A stretch of DNA of 64,000 bases from positions 2,432,001 to 2,496,000 of the forward strand of contig CAVYRF010000002.1 of the NCBI GenBank assembly GCA_963770895.1. Reading direction: 5' to 3'. Below the pieces are notes generated by a model. That model had not been told where the DNA came from. It was given only the letters and a program-made list of their open reading frames with translations, and ran no database searches. This document shows, piece after piece, positions 8,915 through 19,152 of the stretch (its first letter is position 1; the number at the start of each line of letters is the position of its first letter). Made by a program: the position numbers and the translations under genes. This DNA comes from an uncultured Acidobacteriota bacterium (GTDB taxonomy: Bacteria > Acidobacteriota > Thermoanaerobaculia > Multivoradales > UBA5704).

Positions 8915-11134
8915 CTAGAGCGCCGCCAGCTCGGGGCTGCCGGGGAAGCGCCGGCGCCCTTCCTCCAGCAGCGCGGCGGCGTCGCCGGCGTCTCCCAGCA
9001 CGCGCAGGGTGCGGATCGCCATGCCGTAGGCGGCGGGGGAGGGGTTGGTGGCGACCAGGTTCTGCAGGATCGCCAGGGCATCGCGCGAGCGGTCCTCGGA
9101 GGCGTACAGCATGGCGAGGCTGGCGAAGGCGCGCACCTCCGTGGGATTGGTCTGGATCTCGGTGCGGAACGCCTGTTCGGCGAGGGCGTTGCGGCCCATG
9201 CGGGCGAGGATGTCGCCGCGCGCGAAGGCCAGGCCGGGAAAGCTCTGGCCGGGCGCCCGCCGCGCCACCTCGCGGCCGGCCTGGTCGAGCAGCTCGAGCG
9301 CCTGGTCCAGCTGGCCCTGCTTGGCCCGCGCCTCGGCGAGGGTGAGCAGCGGCCCGACGTCGAGGCCGCCGGCGCCGCCGTGGGCGATCGCCTCGCGCGC
9401 CGCCGCCGCCGCCGCTTCGGGCCGCTGGCGGGCCAGCGCGATGGCGCCGGTGAGCGTGGCGGCCAGGGCGGGGTCGCTGTGGCGCGCCAGCTCGGCGTGG
9501 GCCTGCGCCTCGTCGAAGCGCCCCATCTCCAGCAGCACGTAGCCGGCCGCGACGGCGATGTAGCCGGCGCCGCCCGAAAGCTCCAGCGCCTTCTGATACG
9601 CGGCCAGCGATTCGGCCAGCTGCCCAAGCTTGTCCAGGCACAGCGCCAGGTTTTCCCACGCGTCGATGGTGCGCGGGTTCTGCTGCAGCGCGGCGCGGAA
9701 GGCGGGAACCGCTTCGGCATACCGCTGGGCGGCGAACAGGTCCATGGCGCGGGTGAGGTCCTGCATGTGGGCCAGCTCCGCCTTGGGGTCCGGCAGCCGC
9801 TCTGCCGGAGTGAGCGCCACCGTCGAAGCGGCGTAACCCAGCGAGGCAAGGCGACGGCGCGTCTCCTCGTCGGCCGCCGCCGGCGCCGCCAGCTCGCGCC
9901 GGCGGGCCTCGGTCGCGGCGCGCATGGAAACAAAGACGGGCCGGTGCCGCAGCAGGGCGTTGTCCTTTTCGTGCGGGTCCGCTCCCAGGTCGTACAGCTC
10001 GGGGTCGGGACCGTGGATGTAGTGGAAGTCGTCGCGCACCAGCGACGCCAGCTCGCTCCAGCCGAAATGCAGCCGCGGGTAGGCGGTTTCAGAGAAGATG
10101 TCGCGCGCCGCGCCGCCGCTCCCTGCGGCATCCGCCACATCGACCAGCGACCGGCCCGGCAGCGATGCCGGCACCGGCAGGCCGGCCAGCTGCAGCAGCG
10201 TCGGGTAGACGTCCACCAGCTGCGCCGGCGCGCTCACCCGCGTGCCGTGGCGCAGCGATCCCGGCAGCTTGAGCAGCAGCGGCACCTGCAGCGCCTCGCG
10301 ATACAGCAGCAGGCCGTGCTCGCGCTCGCCGTGGTCGCCCAGCCCTTCGCCGTGATCCGACAACAACACCAGGATGGCGCGGTCGTACAGGCCCAGCCGC
10401 TTGAGCTCCGCCACGAAGGTGCCGACGATCGAGTCGGCGGTGGCGATCTCGCCGTCGTAGGGCACCGCGCGGTAGCGCGACGCGAAGGGCTCCGGCGGGG
10501 TGTATGGCGAGTGCGGCTCGTACAGGTGGAGGAAGGCGAACACCGGCTTGGGGCCGGGCGCCGCGCGCCGCAGCCAGCCTGCCAGCAAGGCTTCGGTGCC
10601 AAAGCCCGAGCGCTGGCTCTGGCCGAAGCCGCGGCCGATCTGCACGTCCACCTGCGAGTCGTAGAAGTCGAAGCCTTCGCCGATGCCGGTTTCGGCGCGC
10701 AGGACGAACGCCGAAACGGCGCCGCCGGTGGCATAGCCGGCGCGCGCCAGCGCCACCGGCAGGTCGTCGTAGCGCGCGGCGTCGAAGTGATAGCCGATGT
10801 TGTCGCGCACCCCGGTGTCGCCCGGCAACCGCCCCGACAGGATCGAGGCGTGCGAGGGCAGGGTCAGCGGCACGTGGCTGTAGGCGCGCTCGAACAGCAC
10901 GGCGTCGTGCGCCAGAGCGTCGATCGCCGGCGTCGCGACGCCCCCATAGCCGTACGCCGGCAGGTGGTCGGAGCGCAGGGTGTCGATCGAGATGAGAATG
11001 ATCGGCGCCCCGGCAAACGGACCGGGCCGGCGCGGCGCGAACGGCGGCCACCCCCTGATCGCGGCCACGGCCGCCCAGCCGGCGACCAGCGCGACGACGG
11101 CCAGGCCGGCCAGCAGCCGCCGCCGCCGGCTCAT
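8915..11134 (-). CDS. Sulfatase-like (alkaline phosphatase superfamily) hydrolase/transferase fused to TPRs
   Basis: IDTLRSDH, TLPSH, HLYEPH.PY, SDHGE and ELYDL..DP.E motifs followed by C-terminal TPRs. ATGA overlap with the upstream gene. Confidence 0.88.
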   Translation of the reverse strand: MSRRRRLLAGLAVVALVAGWAAVAAIRGWPPFAPRRPGPFAGAPIILISIDTLRSDHLPAYGYGGVATPAIDALAHDAVLFERAYSHVPLTLPSHASILSGRLPGDTGVRDNIGYHFDAARYDDLPVALARAGYATGGAVSAFVLRAETGIGEGFDFYDSQVDVQIGRGFGQSQRSGFGTEALLAGWLRRAAPGPKPVFAFLHLYEPHSPYTPPEPFASRYRAVPYDGEIATADSIVGTFVAELKRLGLYDRAILVLLSDHGEGLGDHGEREHGLLLYREALQVPLLLKLPGSLRHGTRVSAPAQLVDVYPTLLQLAGLPVPASLPGRSLVDVADAAGSGGAARDIFSETAYPRLHFGWSELASLVRDDFHYIHGPDPELYDLGADPHEKDNALLRHRPVFVSMRAATEARRRELAAPAAADEETRRRLASLGYAASTVALTPAERLPDPKAELAHMQDLTRAMDLFAAQRYAEAVPAFRAALQQNPRTIDAWENLALCLDKLGQLAESLAAYQKALELSGGAGYIAVAAGYVLLEMGRFDEAQAHAELARHSDPALAATLTGAIALARQRPEAAAAAAREAIAHGGAGGLDVGPLLTLAEARAKQGQLDQALELLDQAGREVARRAPGQSFPGLAFARGDILARMGRNALAEQAFRTEIQTNPTEVRAFASLAMLYASEDRSRDALAILQNLVATNPSPAAYGMAIRTLRVLGDAGDAAALLEEGRRRFPGSPELAAL

Positions 11135-13407
11135 CCGCCCAGCCCTTGCAGGCGCGCCTGGGCCTTGGCGATCTCGTCGGCGAAGCGCTCCCGCGGTGCG
11201 GTGGCGATGAAGCGCGACAGCGCCTCGCGCGCCTCGCCGGAGCGTCCCAGCTCGGCCGCCACCAGTCCCAGGTTGTACAGCGCGTCGTACTGGGTGGCGT
11301 CCAGGCCGGCGGCGCGGTGCCAGGCGTCCAGCGCGTCGGCCGGCTGGTGCAGCTGGTAAAGCGCCACGCCCAGGGTGTTCCAGCAGCTGGCCAGGCCGGC
11401 GTTCATCGCCAGGGCGTGGCGCAGGTGATCGCGGGCCGCCGCCGCCTGGCCGCGCCGCAGGGCGATCACCCCCAGGTCCTCGAAACCGCGTGGATCCTCG
11501 GGGAACAGCCGGGTCGCCTTTTCGAGCGTGGCGGCCGCCTCGTCCTGGTGGCCGGCGTCGGAGAGCGCCATCCCCAGGTCCTGGAGCGCCGCCGGATCGT
11601 CGCCGCCCGCGGCCAGCGGCCGCAGCACCGCCACCGCCTCCTGCGACCGCCCGGCTTCGGCCAGCGCTTCGCCCAGCTGGCGATCCAACGAATCGCTGCG
11701 CACCCCCTTGGCGCGCGCCTCCTGCAGCACCGCGATCGCCTGGTCGCCGCGCTCCTGCTGACGCAGCGAGATGGCCAGCAGCTCGTATGCGTCGCCCATC
11801 GCCGGCCGCGCGGCGATGGCCTGCCGCGCCAGCGCCGCGGCCTGGGCGTACTGTCCGCGGGAATAGAGGTCGATCACCTGGTGCAGCTGGTAGTCCAGCT
11901 GGATGAGCCGTTTGGGGTCGTCGTCGGCGGTCATCGCCCGGCCCGGCGCGGCGCCGTGCCCGCCGCCAGCGCTATACCCCAGGCTGCGCAGGCGCGCCGC
12001 CTCTTCGGCGGTGACCGCCCCCTGTTGCGGTTGGCTGCGCGCCGCGGCCGGGATGGCCGCCGCCAGCTCGCGGGCGAGCGGCCGCTGGGTCGAGATCAGG
12101 TTGTGCTCCTCGCGCGGGTCGGCGGCCAGGTCGTACAGCTCGGGCAGCGGCAGGTCGATCAGCTTGTAGCGGCCGCGCACCACGCCGCGCAGCGGCGCCC
12201 AGCCGCGGTTCAGGCTGGCGGACAGCGCCTCGAAATAGCTGATCCCGCCGGCACCAGCGTCCACCGCCGGCCTCGCCGCAGGGGGCGCCGCCGTCGGTTG
12301 CAGCAGCGACCTCCCCGGCAGGCCGCCGGGCGCCGCCAGGTGGAGCGCCGCCAGCACCGTGGGCAGGATGTCGACGTGGCGTGCGCTCGCCGGGTCGCGA
12401 CCCGGCACCGCCCCCGGCCACCACAGTACCAGCGGCACCTTGAGGGTCGCCTCGTACGCCAGCAGGCCGTGCGTCAGCTCGCCGTGGTCGCCCAGGCCCT
12501 CGCCGTGGTCGGCGGTGACGATCACCAGCGCCGGCGGCTCCTTGCCGGTCAGGAAGGGGCCGACCAGCGGCGCCAGGTACGAGTCGACGGCCGCCACGGC
12601 GCCCAGGTACGGATCGCTCTTGAAGCGGCTGGCAAAGGGCTCCGGCGACTGATAGGGGGCGTGGGCATCGTACAGGTGCACCCACAGGAAGCGGCGGTGG
12701 CCGCGCTGCTTTTGCCACCAGGCGCGGGCCAGCCGCACCACCTGATCGCCGCGCCGCTCCGCCATCAGGAACTCGTCCAGGTGGGCGCCGCGCGGGAAGT
12801 GATCGTCGTAGACGTCGAAGCCGTGCGCCAGACCGAACCGGGAATCCAGCGGGAAGGCGGCGACGAAGGCCCCTGTCGCATACCCCGCGCCGTGCAGCAG
12901 CGTGGCGAGCGTCGGCACCGTGGCGGCCAGCTTGAACCCGCTGTTGTCCCGCACGCCGTGCTGGAACGGATAGAGGCCGGTCAGGATATTGGTGTGGCTG
13001 GGCAGGGTCACGACGTTCTGGGCGTGGGCGTTTGGAAACACCCGCCCGGCCGCCGCCAGCCGGTCGAGCACCGGCGTCGCGGCCCGCCGGTTGCCGGCGA
13101 ACCCCACGGCGTCGGCGCGCAAGGTGTCGATGGTGATCAGCACCACGTCGGCGCCGGGCAGCGACGGTGCGCCGCCGGCGGCCGGTGCCGCCGCTGCTGG
13201 CAGGGACGGCGGCGCCGTCGCCGCGGGTTTACCGGTTGGAGCCGCGGCAGAGGCTGAGGCCCGGGACAGAAGGCCGGCCGGAGCCGCGTCGCGACAGCTG
13301 AAAGACCAGATCGCCAGGAGCCAGGCGATCCCCGCGGCGCGTGCCGCCCACCGGGACTTCTGGCCGGCGGGCGCCGGCCGCGGGGAGATCGCGCAGGCCC
13401 GCCTCAC
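11131..13407 (-). CDS. Sulfatase-like hydrolase/transferase fused to TPRs, possible lipoprotein (paralog of the adjacent gene)
   Basis: IDTLRAD, TLPSH, HLYDAH.PY and ADHGE motifs, C-terminal TPRs and a WSFSC possible lipobox. GTG 13407 overlaps the upstream TGA. Confidence 0.85.
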   Translation of the reverse strand: MRRACAISPRPAPAGQKSRWAARAAGIAWLLAIWSFSCRDAAPAGLLSRASASAAAPTGKPAATAPPSLPAAAAPAAGGAPSLPGADVVLITIDTLRADAVGFAGNRRAATPVLDRLAAAGRVFPNAHAQNVVTLPSHTNILTGLYPFQHGVRDNSGFKLAATVPTLATLLHGAGYATGAFVAAFPLDSRFGLAHGFDVYDDHFPRGAHLDEFLMAERRGDQVVRLARAWWQKQRGHRRFLWVHLYDAHAPYQSPEPFASRFKSDPYLGAVAAVDSYLAPLVGPFLTGKEPPALVIVTADHGEGLGDHGELTHGLLAYEATLKVPLVLWWPGAVPGRDPASARHVDILPTVLAALHLAAPGGLPGRSLLQPTAAPPAARPAVDAGAGGISYFEALSASLNRGWAPLRGVVRGRYKLIDLPLPELYDLAADPREEHNLISTQRPLARELAAAIPAAARSQPQQGAVTAEEAARLRSLGYSAGGGHGAAPGRAMTADDDPKRLIQLDYQLHQVIDLYSRGQYAQAAALARQAIAARPAMGDAYELLAISLRQQERGDQAIAVLQEARAKGVRSDSLDRQLGEALAEAGRSQEAVAVLRPLAAGGDDPAALQDLGMALSDAGHQDEAAATLEKATRLFPEDPRGFEDLGVIALRRGQAAAARDHLRHALAMNAGLASCWNTLGVALYQLHQPADALDAWHRAAGLDATQYDALYNLGLVAAELGRSGEAREALSRFIATAPRERFADEIAKAQARLQGLGG

Positions 13408-14444
13408 AAGGCCTTGATGTATTCCTTGGCCTCGGCGGCCCACTTGCTGTTGGGGTCGAGCTCCAGCAGCTTGGTGAAGTCTGCCTTGGCGGCGGCGGAC
13501 TTGTTCAGGTTGAGGTTGACCAACCCCCGGTAGTAATAGGCGTCCGGCAGGTTGGGGTTCTCTTCGACCACCTTGTTGAACTCTTCCAGCGCCTTGTCCA
13601 GCTGCTTGGCGTTGTAGTACTTGATCCCGATGTTGATCATCATCTCGGGATCGATCTTGGCTCCCGCCGGCATCTGCGCCATGTAGGTGCGCGCTTCGGC
13701 TTCCTTGCCTTCACCCACCAGCAGGTTGACCATCAGCTGCAGCGTGTCGGTGTCGGTCGGCGCCAGGGTGAGCGTCTGCTTGAGCGTATCGATCGCCTGG
13801 TCCAGCTTCTGCTGCTTTTCTTCCTTGGTCTTGGCGTCGACCGATTCGCGATAGTAGGTGGAGGCGATACCGCGCATGATCGGCACCTTGGTCGCGGGAT
13901 CGGTCAGCAGGTCGAGCGCCTTCTGATACTCGGCGCGGGCGTCGGCATACTTCTGCTCCTTCAGCAGATCGTTGCCCTTGGTGATCGATTCGTTGGCCTG
14001 CGACGTCTTGGACGGCTGCTTGGGCTGCTCCTTGGGCGTCACCTTGAGCGTCACGGTGATCGGCGGCGACGGCGGCCCTTCCTCTTCGACGTTGACCTGC
14101 CCCTGGGAGACGATGAATCCCGGTGCTTCGATCAACACGCCCCAGGCCCCCCCGGAGAGGCCCAGGATGCCCCAGTGGCCGCTCTTGTCGGTGGTGAGGG
14201 CAGCCGGACCCGAGGCGTTTTCGTCCACGTTGCCCGAACCCTTGCGCAGCGTCACCTTGGCGCCGACGACGGGCTTGCCCTGCTCGTCCTTGACCAGACC
14301 CTGGAGACGGCCGCGACCCTTCCAGTCTTGCGCCGCGGCGGGCTGGGCCACAGCGAGCAGCATGGTGGCGAGGACCGCCAGGGCGGCGAAGGCGCCGACG
14401 GCGGTCCTGGGCGCCACGGCCGCCGATTTCTGCATACGCGACAT
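13404..14444 (-). CDS. Exported protein: carboxypeptidase-regulatory-like (transthyretin-like) domain plus TPRs
   Basis: AAGGAGG RBS, signal peptide, G.VKDEQGKPVVGAKVTL...TDKSG beta-sandwich motif, then TPRs. Confidence 0.85.
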   Translation of the reverse strand: MSRMQKSAAVAPRTAVGAFAALAVLATMLLAVAQPAAAQDWKGRGRLQGLVKDEQGKPVVGAKVTLRKGSGNVDENASGPAALTTDKSGHWGILGLSGGAWGVLIEAPGFIVSQGQVNVEEEGPPSPPITVTLKVTPKEQPKQPSKTSQANESITKGNDLLKEQKYADARAEYQKALDLLTDPATKVPIMRGIASTYYRESVDAKTKEEKQQKLDQAIDTLKQTLTLAPTDTDTLQLMVNLLVGEGKEAEARTYMAQMPAGAKIDPEMMINIGIKYYNAKQLDKALEEFNKVVEENPNLPDAYYYRGLVNLNLNKSAAAKADFTKLLELDPNSKWAAEAKEYIKAL

Positions 14445-14524
14445 GATGACCTCCTTACCAGGCGGTGATTTGAGCGCCCACGGATGACCCCGCGAGCGTT
14501 GGGAAGTCTAATCTCCCGAGAGCC

Positions 14525-14556
14525 AAAAAGAAAACCGCCGGGGTTGCCCCCGGCGG
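14525..14556 (-). terminator. Intrinsic terminator after the TonB-dependent receptor
   Basis: Perfect 9-bp stem CCGCCGGGG/CCCCGGCGG with a 4-nt loop, followed on the minus strand by TTTTCTTTTT. Confidence 0.85.
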
Positions 14557-14588
14557 CAGAGGTCCAGCCTAGTAAAAGCGGAGCGGGA

Positions 14589-17500
14589 TCAGCGGAAGCT
14601 GATACGAGCTCCGAAGCGGTAGACCCGGGGCGCCAACGTCTCGTAGATGAAACCGTACGTCGGGAGGCTGATCGCGCCGACCTTCTGGGTCGTGGTGGAG
14701 GAGTTGAACAGGTTGAAGCAGTCGAAGCTCAGGGTCAGGCCGAAGTCCTGGAAGGTGAACTCCTTCTCGATCCGGGCGTCGAAGTCGATGAGGGACGGCA
14801 GCCGGTTGGCGTCCGGGCGTCCGACCAGGATGTCTTCGCTCAAGCCACCCTCGTAGTTCTGCCGCGGGTTGCCGTTCTGGTCGACGCTGATCGGAACCTG
14901 CACGTAGTTGGGGAACGCATAGCCCTGGCGCGCCGTCAGGTTGCCGGCGACGTTGAAGCCGTAACCCTTGTCCGGAGCCACCTGGTACATGCCGTTCAGG
15001 TTGGCCGACCACTTGCTGTTGAGGAACACGTACTGCTTGGGACCGGAACCGGCGCTGTTGACCAGCACGGCGTCGCCATCGCGGTTGCCGCCCGGCAGGA
15101 AGTCGGACGGGTCGGGCAGCACGCCGGGGTTGCCGTAGGTCCAGTCGGAGTAGGTGAAGTTACCGCGCATCATCCAGTGGTTGGACAGGCGCTTGTTGAG
15201 GGTAAGGGCGGCGCCCTTGTAGTTCGAGGTCAGGTCGCTGTTCTCGAGCAGCGAACCGCCGCGGGTGCTGACGCCGGGCTTCAGGGTGTAGTAGGTGACG
15301 GTGTATTGCTTGCCGTTGGTGGCGGTCGTCGTGTACGTCTGCTGCACGTAGTCGGCAGGGGTCGCCGGCCGGCCAGTGGTGCTCAGGGTGGACGGGTCGA
15401 ACGGAGTCGTGGCATCGAAAACGAGCGGGATGCCAGCGCCAGCCGGGGTACCGCTGGACGCGCCGGTCGGGCCGACGTCACCCGGGACCTGGTTGCTGAG
15501 ATGGCGGAAGGTGAAGTTAAGGCCGACCACCAGCTCGGGAAGGATGGCGTGCTCGACGCTCGCCAGGAACTCGTCGGTCAACGGCGCCGAGAAGTTGGAG
15601 TTGACGTTGTTGAGCTGGAACGGCAGGCCGGTCGCCGGATTGACCGGGCCGGCATAGTTGGCCAGCGGGCCGCCCGGGCTGAGGGGCGAAAGGCCCGTCG
15701 GCAGGCCGGGGCCGACGTTCGAAGCCGGCACCGAGAACAGGTAGTAGGTCTGCGCCGCCGTCGGGTTGCGGACGCCGGCGAAGCCGTCGCCCAGCTGGTC
15801 GGCGTAACGTGAGTAGCTGACCCGCAGCAGGGTCTTGCGATCCGCACCCAGGGCGTAGGTCAGGCCGACGCGCGGGGTGACGTTGCCCCAGCTGAAGCCC
15901 GTCGGGCCGCCGGCGTAGTTGAACGCCGGCAGGATGCCCGGCGAATCCGGGTTGGCCGCTTCGGACGATGCGTTGTTGTGACCAGCCTGCAGGTCGTAGC
16001 GCACGCCGATGTTGGCGGTCAGGTTGCCGGCCGTCAGGGTGTCCTGCGCGTAGCCGCTGCTGTAGGTGTTGGTGATGTTGAGGTTCTCTTCGCGAGCGGC
16101 CTCGAACACGTTGATGCTGGCCGGCTCACCGAACAGGGGACCGGCCACCAGGTAGCCAGGGCCCCAGGTGGACAGCGAGGTGCTGGTGACGCGGCGGTAG
16201 CCGGCGCCGTACTTCAGCTCGTTGCTGACGCTGCCGAAGTTGAAGAAGCTGGAGGCGTCCAGCTTGCCCTGCTTCTGCGGACGGGTGACCTGGTAGTCGA
16301 CGAAGGTGTTGCCCCAGACGCCCGACGTGTTGAGGAACGCAACCGGTCCGATGCCGCCCTCGGGCACCAGCCCGAAGCCGCCGTTGACGTCCGAGAACAG
16401 GCCGGTCAGGTAGAAGTTGGGTCCGAAGATCTGGGTGTCCTCGACCTTGCCGGCGGTCGGGTTGGAGCCGTTGTGGCCCTGGTTCCAGGTCGTCGGCTGC
16501 GGACGGGTCGGACCGGCATCGCGGCCGGCGACCGTCTTGTTGTTCTGCAACACGAAGAGGGTCAAGGAGTTGCTGCCCGTGAGCTGGGCGTTCAACTTGC
16601 CGTTGTAGGTCGGCAGGTCGGCCTTGTTGGTGGCGCCGCCGATGGTCGAGACGTTGACCTTCTGGTCGCCGTAGGAACCCCAGATCCACAACCGGTCCTT
16701 GATGATCGGGCCGCCAACTTCAGCGCCGAAGTCCTGGATCCGGTTGATGAGGTCGCCGCTCAGGCCGGCGCCGACCTGGTTGGCGGGCACCTTGAAGCTG
16801 CTGTTGGATTCCAGCGAGCCGGGGGTGTAGAAGAAGCGGCCGCTGCCGCGCCACTGGTTGGTGCCGCGCTTGGTCACCATGTTGACGACGACGCCGCCGG
16901 TGGCGATGGTGGTGTCCGTGCCGCCGGTCGTGACCTGCATCTCCTGGAACGCGTCGAAGTCGTAGTAGCTGGGGGACGACCCGAGGGCCGCCATGTCGGT
17001 GACGACCACGCCGTCCACCGCCCACACCGAGTTGGTGCCCATCGAGCCGGGGCCGACGTACACCGACTGCTGGCCGCTCTCGTTGCCGCCCACGTTGACG
17101 CGGTCGACGAGCACGCCGGGGGTGGTCGAAAGGATGGACCACGGGTCGCGGGAGGTCGGGATCTCCGCCAGTTCCGCCGCGTTGACGGTGGCGCCGGTCG
17201 AGACCTTGCGCTCGTCGAGCAGCGGGCTTTCCGTGGTGACCGTGATGACGTCCTCAACCGCCGAGTTCATCGTCACCTCGACCGTGGTGTTGTGGCCGAC
17301 GGTGATGACGATGTTCGGGTATTCGACCGTCGAGAAACCCTGCAGCTCGCTCTTGAGCTTCATGGTTGCCGGCGGCAGGCTGAGGAAGCGGAACTCGCCC
17401 TGCGCGTTGGTGACCTGCACCTCCTGCGCCGCGCCGGTGTCGAGCGTCACGGTGACGCCGGGCAGGACGGCTCCCTGCTGGTCCTGGACTTTGCCGTACA

Positions 17501-17600
17501 GGTTGCCGGTCTGCAGCTGGGCGATGGCGGTACCGCCGATCACCAGCAGCAGGGCCATCGCAACCATCGCGACACGTCCCAAGCGTTGATAACTCTTCAT
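14589..17600 (-). CDS. TonB-dependent receptor, Oar-like, with N-terminal carboxypeptidase-regulatory-like domain
   Basis: GGAGG RBS, signal peptide, G.V.DQQGAVLPGVTVT, plug motif GGVVVNMVTKRGTN, amphipathic barrel strands and C-terminal PR...FGARISF. Confidence 0.92.
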   Translation of the reverse strand: MKSYQRLGRVAMVAMALLLVIGGTAIAQLQTGNLYGKVQDQQGAVLPGVTVTLDTGAAQEVQVTNAQGEFRFLSLPPATMKLKSELQGFSTVEYPNIVITVGHNTTVEVTMNSAVEDVITVTTESPLLDERKVSTGATVNAAELAEIPTSRDPWSILSTTPGVLVDRVNVGGNESGQQSVYVGPGSMGTNSVWAVDGVVVTDMAALGSSPSYYDFDAFQEMQVTTGGTDTTIATGGVVVNMVTKRGTNQWRGSGRFFYTPGSLESNSSFKVPANQVGAGLSGDLINRIQDFGAEVGGPIIKDRLWIWGSYGDQKVNVSTIGGATNKADLPTYNGKLNAQLTGSNSLTLFVLQNNKTVAGRDAGPTRPQPTTWNQGHNGSNPTAGKVEDTQIFGPNFYLTGLFSDVNGGFGLVPEGGIGPVAFLNTSGVWGNTFVDYQVTRPQKQGKLDASSFFNFGSVSNELKYGAGYRRVTSTSLSTWGPGYLVAGPLFGEPASINVFEAAREENLNITNTYSSGYAQDTLTAGNLTANIGVRYDLQAGHNNASSEAANPDSPGILPAFNYAGGPTGFSWGNVTPRVGLTYALGADRKTLLRVSYSRYADQLGDGFAGVRNPTAAQTYYLFSVPASNVGPGLPTGLSPLSPGGPLANYAGPVNPATGLPFQLNNVNSNFSAPLTDEFLASVEHAILPELVVGLNFTFRHLSNQVPGDVGPTGASSGTPAGAGIPLVFDATTPFDPSTLSTTGRPATPADYVQQTYTTTATNGKQYTVTYYTLKPGVSTRGGSLLENSDLTSNYKGAALTLNKRLSNHWMMRGNFTYSDWTYGNPGVLPDPSDFLPGGNRDGDAVLVNSAGSGPKQYVFLNSKWSANLNGMYQVAPDKGYGFNVAGNLTARQGYAFPNYVQVPISVDQNGNPRQNYEGGLSEDILVGRPDANRLPSLIDFDARIEKEFTFQDFGLTLSFDCFNLFNSSTTTQKVGAISLPTYGFIYETLAPRVYRFGARISFR

Positions 17601-17816
17601 ACGAATGGACCTCCCTTCGAAGGTAGTTGTGAAAACGGGCCTGATCTACCTGAAGCTCAGGCGTAAGGCTCCGGACAAGAGTAAGGAAGTTGCGCTATGC
17701 GTCAGGCGGTCGATTGCCGAGCATACCTCCTTTCGCAGGCGTTCAAACACCCATTTGTGCCGATTGGGCCTTGAAACTTTACTGATCCCGCTTGGTCACG
17801 TCAATGGCTGGTACAT

Positions 17817-17833
17817 AGCAAAGGCAATGCCCA
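17817..17833 (-). promoter_or_regulatory. Putative sigma54 (-24/-12) promoter for the TBDR operon
   Basis: Minus strand reads TGGGCATTGCCTTTGCT, an exact GG-N10-GC spacing close to the TGGCAC-N5-TTGCW consensus. Confidence 0.6.
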
Positions 17834-18024
17834 TCCGGCCGGCGCTCTGCCTGCCGCCGTAAGCAACTGACAGCCATTGGTTTAGCTGGCGGGTGGCAGT
17901 CTTTGGCGGGAGCCTCGCGGCCGCCGCTCCAGTTCTTTGGACGCGGGAGGGTCCAAAATCTTGAATAGCAGCCCTTGGAGCGGCCCTGCGCTACACTCGA
18001 TCCATGCCACAGACGTCGCGAACC

Positions 18025-19152
18025 ATGAAGTGGGTATCGCGCGGGAGCGTCCCGGCGCTATTGGTTTCGGGCGTTCTTGCGGCCCTCGCGGGCAGCTGCG
18101 CTCCGTATAAAGCCTTCGACTCGGCAGGGTTCGTGCACACGCAGATCGCACAACAGGCCGGAACGGATCTCGCCGGGCAGGTCGAAGTCCCCTTCACCAT
18201 CAACGGCGAGGTGCGGGACGCCTTCAAGCTGCACAACCGGCTTGGCGCGACCGAGGAAACCAGGGTCAGACAGGTGCTGGACTTCATTTTCCAACAGGTG
18301 GGGCTCACCTACGAGATGCTGCCTACCCGCGACGCGATCGCCACCTTCCGGGACCGCAAGGGCAACTGCCTGTCCTTCGTCAACCTGTTCGTGGGCGTGG
18401 CGCGCGACGTCGGATTCGCGCCGTTCTACGTCGAGGTGGCCGACTACCAACGCTGGAACCATCGCGCCGGCCTGGTGATCAGCCAGGGGCACATCGTCGC
18501 CGGTCTCTACCTGACCGGCACGCTCAAGACCTACGACTTCGTGCCCTATCGGGACAAGGCCTACCGCCAGCTCAAGCCGATCGACGACCTGACCGCGGTG
18601 GCCCACTACTACAACAACCTGGGGGCCGAAGCCCTGATGGCCGGCAACATCGGCGAAGCGCGCCGCCTGGTCGGCATCGCCGCCCGCCTGGCACCGCGTT
18701 TCCCCAACGCGCTCAACAACCTGGGCGTCTGCCTGGAGCACTCCGGCGACCGCCAGGGCGCCCTGGCCCAGTATGAAAAGGCGCTGCAGGTCGATCCCAC
18801 CAACACCATGGTGATGACCAACATGCTGCGCATCTACCAGCAGCAGGGGCGCGTCGCCGAAGCGGAAGAGCTGGAGACCAAGGTGAAGGATTCCAATACC
18901 GGCAATCCCTTCTTCTTCGTCTACCTGGGAGAGATGGCGCTGGCCGCGGGCGACACCACCAAGGCCCTGGACTACATGGTCCACGCACTGCGCCTCGAAA
19001 GCGAGCTGCCCGAAGTGCAGCTCGGTCTGGCCAAGGTTTATCTGGCGCAGGGCGACCTCGATCGCGCACGCCATTTCGTGGAACGCGCGATGCAACTGGA
19101 CCCGAGCGACAAGGAGGTGCAGAGGTATGCGCAAATGCTCGGCAAATCCTGA
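18025..19152 (+). CDS. Transglutaminase-like domain plus TPR lipoprotein
   Basis: Lipobox LAGSC; GNCLSF (Cys), GHI (His) and YDF (Asp) in TGase order; C-terminal TPRs. Start could be 18004. Confidence 0.8.
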   Translation: MKWVSRGSVPALLVSGVLAALAGSCAPYKAFDSAGFVHTQIAQQAGTDLAGQVEVPFTINGEVRDAFKLHNRLGATEETRVRQVLDFIFQQVGLTYEMLPTRDAIATFRDRKGNCLSFVNLFVGVARDVGFAPFYVEVADYQRWNHRAGLVISQGHIVAGLYLTGTLKTYDFVPYRDKAYRQLKPIDDLTAVAHYYNNLGAEALMAGNIGEARRLVGIAARLAPRFPNALNNLGVCLEHSGDRQGALAQYEKALQVDPTNTMVMTNMLRIYQQQGRVAEAEELETKVKDSNTGNPFFFVYLGEMALAAGDTTKALDYMVHALRLESELPEVQLGLAKVYLAQGDLDRARHFVERAMQLDPSDKEVQRYAQMLGKS

